Below, in pieces: positions 59,498 through 64,000 of a stretch of 64,000 nt of DNA. The notes beneath the pieces are model-generated. The model ran no database searches. It had not been told where the DNA came from and saw nothing but the letters and a program-made list of their open reading frames with translations. The stretch is from the human T2T-CHM13v2.0 reference genome, Homo sapiens. Numbering within the stretch: position 1 is the first letter of the stretch; the number at the start of each line of letters is the position of its first letter. Both the position numbers and the translations under genes were made by a program. Where the stretch lies: the NCBI RefSeq assembly GCF_009914755.1, contig NC_060926.1; one strand, written 5' to 3'.

Positions 59498-60346
59498 GTC
59501 TATCTGTCTATCATCCATCTATCTATATTCTTAAACCCAAAGAAGACTCTTTACTTAGAAGTAGGGGCAATTTACAGAAATCTGAGGCACAGATTCCATA
59601 CCTGAAACTGAGAATGTACTTAAAGGAAATATTGACAGGAGGAAGAGCAAATGCAGAGGAACTGACACATTAACCAGAAGTTAAATGATAGAGACACGGG
59701 CATGATTATATATATATATATATCAGCTAATGGAAAGTGCGAAAAAGATAATATAATCATTGGGCATGAAATAGATGCAACTTAAGGCTTTTCAATAAAG
59801 CTTTGTTAGGGGATAACCCAAGAATACTCCAGAAGAGGGGGAAAGAGACATTGAACAAATTTTAGAGGCAATATTGAACAAGTGAAAATAACTTAAAAAA
59901 TCACAGATAGCTGAGTTTTACCTAAGATTTACTCAGGAATGTGGAATTCAGAAAATAAAGTAGAGAAGAGAGATTTCTTAAAATTAAATGATTTATTAAA
60001 ATGAAATCAATTTCTTGTGAAGTTGGAACTAGGGAGTCTCAGATGCAATGGATAACTCCTGCAAAAATGATGAGGATGGTGATGATAATGCTTGCTAAAA
60101 TTTATTGGGCACTTACTGTGTGTCAGGCACTAACTTAACTAACTTGCTCTTGACTTGCGTGAGCTTGTTTGATTTGTACACCTCAGTGAAGCTCATTCTA
60201 CATGATCCCCATTTCACAGGAAAAAATCCTGAAACAGGAAGTCTAAGTCATATGCCCAGCTGATACTTACTGGGTCCAGAATTCAAATCAGGGAGAGTCT
60301 GGCTCCAGAGCCCATGCTATTGACCCCGAAATAGCACCTCACAATG
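58993..60346 (+). repeat. Dispersed direct repeat pair of ~295 bp (58993-59290 and 60052-60346), MIR-containing
   Basis: Both copies read ATARCTCCTGCA.AAATGATGAGGATGGTGATGA...CACTAACTTA..TAACTTG...GTGAGCTTGTTTGATT...CATATGCCCAGCTGATAC...AAATAGCACCT. Confidence 0.9.
59417..59526. repeat. (TATGTATC)n/(TATC)n microsatellite
   Basis: Direct tandem repeats. Confidence 0.95.
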
Positions 60347-60689
60347 CAAAGAAAGGACAGATTCTTAGAAGTAGTGGGTTTATTGACAGAGGAAGTAAGC
60401 CTCTTCTACAGGTTTCTAACATAACTTTGAAATGAAATAAGGGTCATGGGGCAAGGGAAATTGACAAAGGTGATGACGCAAGTCCTATTAACTAGTTTGT
60501 TACTGAGAGGGGCGGGGAGGACTTGTGAGTCCTGAGAGCTCCCCCTGAACAATGCTGCCTTCAGTCCAAATTATTGCTGAATGAAGGGGAGGGGCAGAGT
60601 GGCTAGGTGATCAAAGGCCCTTCAGAGAAGGAGGTGGAATGGCAGCCACGGGCCCTTCTCTGTCTCCAGGAGTTCACTGTACTGCATTT

Positions 60690-61050
60690 AATAATTGCTT
60701 CCCATTATTGCCTCACTGTCTGTTCCAAATAAATCTACCTGATTGGGATGGATTTGGTGTGGGAATATCTGTTCCAGCCTATTAGCCAGCACCTTTACTG
60801 AGATTTCCCTGTCCACATTTATTAAGGAGATTGGGCGATAATTCAGGCTGGGTTCAGGTTCTCCTCCTGGTTTAAGAATTACAAAAATTAGTGTTGATCG
60901 TAGGCCCAAAAGTCATCATTTTGTTTTCAGTTCATTCTTGTCCCTTCTTAGCAATGGAGGCAGAAGTACCTTGCTTTGGGGTATGAAACCAGATTATCAA
61001 ACATCAGGGCTCTTGGTGCATTTCAGAGAGTGACTACTTTTAGGGGGCAA
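60690..61050 (-). mobile_element. Ancient LINE RT fossil (L1/Tx1-clade-like)
   Basis: ORF 60688-60909 encodes VILKPGGEP....NYRPISLINVD.EI..KVLANRL..IFP..IHPNQ. Upstream fragments SLKCTKSPD and VLLPPLL continue the RT domain-0 pattern. Confidence 0.8.
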
Positions 61051-61479
61051 ATTTTCATCTTTTCACTTCGATCTTGCCCTCTGAAAGTAGCTGTGTTTCT
61101 GGCTATACTTGTAGCTTCAGTCATTCTCAAGCAGACCCTTTAAAAATAACCCGATAGAGCCTAAGGAGGGAGCATCAGTGACTTTCCTTGGCACTACTTG
61201 TTGGTTTAGGAGATTTTTTCTCTTTTAATGAGTTAATGTCAAAAAATGAACATGGAGTTGGAGTCTTCCCATGTCCCATTTTCTACCTCACTGTGGGAAG
61301 CAGGATAATATAGAAAAAGTTCTCTGTTCTTCTCAGAAATGGAATCTTCACACTGCCAGCTACTCTGCTAGTTGCAGACATGTTTCTGGGTCTCCCCAAG
61401 TCCTAAACTCACCACAAGTGCATAATCCAGCCACCAAAGAGCAGTGCTTTTGTTCTAGGAGTCACTGTCTCATTTGTTG

Positions 61480-61750
61480 TTGATGGTATTGCTATTAAGC
61501 TCTTAATATGGGCCAGACACTTGTAAGCACTTTATCTGCAGTAACCATTTAGTATTCACAAAAACCCTTTTAGTAAGTACAATTATTGGTCATCCCACTT
61601 AGTAGAGATGAAAGCTAAGACTTAAAGAGACTAAATACTTACCCAGTGCCATGCAGTCAGTAAGCTGAGACTCAAGCACAGATCCATCAGACCCCAGTAC
61701 TGGTGCTCAATTCACTCTCCTCTTCCACCTTTTAGTCCTTAACCATCACG
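61480..61750 (-). mobile_element. MIR
   Basis: AAGCACTTTATCTGC...CATCCCACTTAGTAGAGATGAAAGCTAAGACTTAAAGAGACTAAATACTTACCCA. Confidence 0.65.
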
Positions 61751-62508
61751 GCACAACGTAGGGGTCAGCAGAATGCCATCAGCACAGAAGACAAGGAGAG
61801 CGGAAAAGAGCAATAGGGTGGATTCAAGGCCATGGTCTTGGGAAGACTTTTGAAGTGTAGAAGATAATTTGGCCACACTGGCTGTGTGCTAATGCTTGAA
61901 GACAACTAGTCAATCAACATTTTCAGAGGCAGCTGCAGAGGCATCCAGCTCTGAGAGGTAGCAACTGAAGGCTGGACTGTTTCTACCCATCTCACTTAAC
62001 CCTTACAAAGCCACCTCCAACACCATTGCCATTTTACTAATGGAGAAACCAGGCTGAAGTAGTTATCTTATCTACCAGAGGTCACAAAGTTAGAAATTGT
62101 CAGGGCAGGTATGTCAGCTCAGCTGGAGACACAAGGTCAGAAGGAAGAAAGTGGAATGTGACCAGCATATTCATCCTGAAATCATTTGGGGAAAGATTTC
62201 TATATAAAGAGAGATAATGCACAGAAACAGCATGGAATCTGCCTCTCCCTTTCTCTGTGTCTGTTACTTTCTCTCTTTCTCTTCCTCTCTGCCTCTGACC
62301 TCCTGCCCCTGTCTCTTCCCTACACACACACACAGCCCTAGTGCAGTTGAAAAGGAAAAACAAACAAACAAAAAAACTGAAACAATGAGATTTTTAAGGA
62401 GGAAAACCAAGCAGTATTACTGTATTACTTTTCAACTTGTTTAATTCTTGAGATCCTATCTAGTAAAGTGAGAGAGGTTAGTATGCTTTATCTAGAAAGA
62501 CCATTAGT

Positions 62509-62799
62509 GGCTGGGTGCGGTGGCTCACGCCTGAAATCCCAGCATTTTGGGAGGCCGAGGCGGGAGGTCAGAAGTTCAAGACCATCCTGCCCAACATGGT
62601 GAAACCCTGTCTCTACTAAAAATACAAAAATTAGCCAGGCGTGGCAGCGGGCACCTGTAATCCCAGCTACTCAGAAGACTGAGGCAGAGAATTGCTTGAA
62701 CCTAGGAGGCAGAGGTTGCGATGAACCAAGATCACACCACTTGCACTCCAGTCTGGGCAACAGAGCGAGACTCCATCTCAAAAAAAAAAAAAAAAAAAA
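62509..62799 (+). mobile_element. AluS
   Basis: Dimeric Alu with a small left-arm deletion and poly(A). TSD AGAAAGACCATTAGT at 62494-62508 and 62800-62814. Confidence 0.95.
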
Positions 62800-63636
62800 A
62801 GAAAGACCATTAGTGATTTAATTGTAATTTTGATAGTGGGTCTACTTTTTGATTCCTTAAATATGTTAGAATTATCAGTGGTATGTATGTGATCCTACAT
62901 AATGTAAAAGTCATATTTAATTAAATTAATGTAAGTGAAATAGTTCAGTTGGCTTATCTTGTTCATTTTCTCTAACTAAATATCAGCTTACACCAAAAAT
63001 TTTATTAATCACAGTAATGAGAATTTTTATATTAAATATATATATTACATTTAGTTTAAACGTTAATAGTCTACATTATTTTAATAAATTGTACTAAGGG
63101 AGTATATATGGAATAAGTCTCTCATGCAGATTTTATTGGTTGCTGCATAGTTAATAGACACTAATGTGATCAGAGCCTGGATGTGATCATAAGATCAGTA
63201 GTTAAAATGATTGAAATATAAATTAGGAGCTGGAATAATTGTTTGTTAGAAGCTCAGATAACTGTTTGGTAATGCTCAGAGGGTTGGAGAAATAAAACAT
63301 TGAAATGTGCAGCAGTAGCAGGGGAAAGAAACATTTTGAGGCAGACAAAGCCACGGCATGCTTTTCTGCTAATTGCTCCTGTCTTTCTCTCTTGCTCCAT
63401 GGAGGCCTGACGTACACCTCTGCCCTCCTTTATCTCGCCCCTCTGGATTCCTGAGTGGCCTGCTACTCCACTTCTGTCTTTCTCTGTTCCTGGCTTCTTT
63501 ACTCACAGTCTGTAAGTCCTCACTGATGATGACAAACACCATGCTATCATCTTACCATTAACATGTCTGATTCTTTGAGAACTGGTAGAAAAAGCACCCT
63601 TGTTTCTCGTGGGCTAGAATCCTCTTTCTTCTAGGT

Positions 63637-63863
63637 CAGGGTTGGCACATCTTTCCTGTCAGGGGCTCTCGTTGATGCTAAAATATTTTAAGCTTTATGG
63701 CTAATACAATTCTCATTGGAACGGTTCAACTCTACTCTTATGGGTTTAGAAAGCAGCCACTAGACAACAGTATGGAAATGGGTATGGCTGTGTGACAATA
63801 AAACTTTACAAGAGCAGACATCAAGCTGAATTTGGCCTACTTGCCATAGTTTGCCACCTCCTG
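63637..63863. mobile_element. MER58A-like hAT-Charlie DNA transposon
   Basis: Termini CAGGGTTGGCA...TGCCACCTCCTG, 8-bp TSD TTCTAGGT/TTCTAAGT, internal TATGGCTGTGTGACAATAAAACTTTA. Confidence 0.85.
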
Positions 63864-64000
63864 TTCTAAGTTGTCTAATGTCCTGTTGACCCAAAGACAC
63901 ATTTAGCTTTTTCTCTTAAGGGGAAATTCTCTGTTGAAATGTCATTCTCAACAATGGGGTTATAATAAATTTCTTATACTTGTGTGTGTGCTGTGCATTC

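Overview
This is primate (human-like) non-genic DNA dominated by Alu, L1, L2/MIR, MaLR LTRs, DNA transposons and simple repeats. I find no intact protein-coding gene, RNA gene or CRISPR-type array. The main feature is an intronless, disabled copy of DNMT3A on the minus strand (~55262-58028; probably the locus called DNMT3AP1). Its 5' end looks like the short DNMT3A2 isoform. It has an Alu inserted in it, a 22-nt deletion in catalytic motif IV, His at the R882-equivalent codon, and a truncated 3'UTR abutting an L1 3' end. Other points of note are a twin-primed (5'-inverted) L1PA, two very old LINE reverse-transcriptase fossils (L2-like at ~7.3-8.4 kb and non-mammalian-type L1/Tx1-like at ~60.7-61.05 kb), a ~1-kb palindromic 34-bp minisatellite, a complex A-B-A'...B' local duplication with a hairpin, and repeat-poor stretches that may be enhancers. 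Comparisons with DNMT3A and repeat consensus sequences were made from memory and by eye, so subfamily names and boundaries are approximate. I cannot support a genuinely new biological system from the sequence alone.
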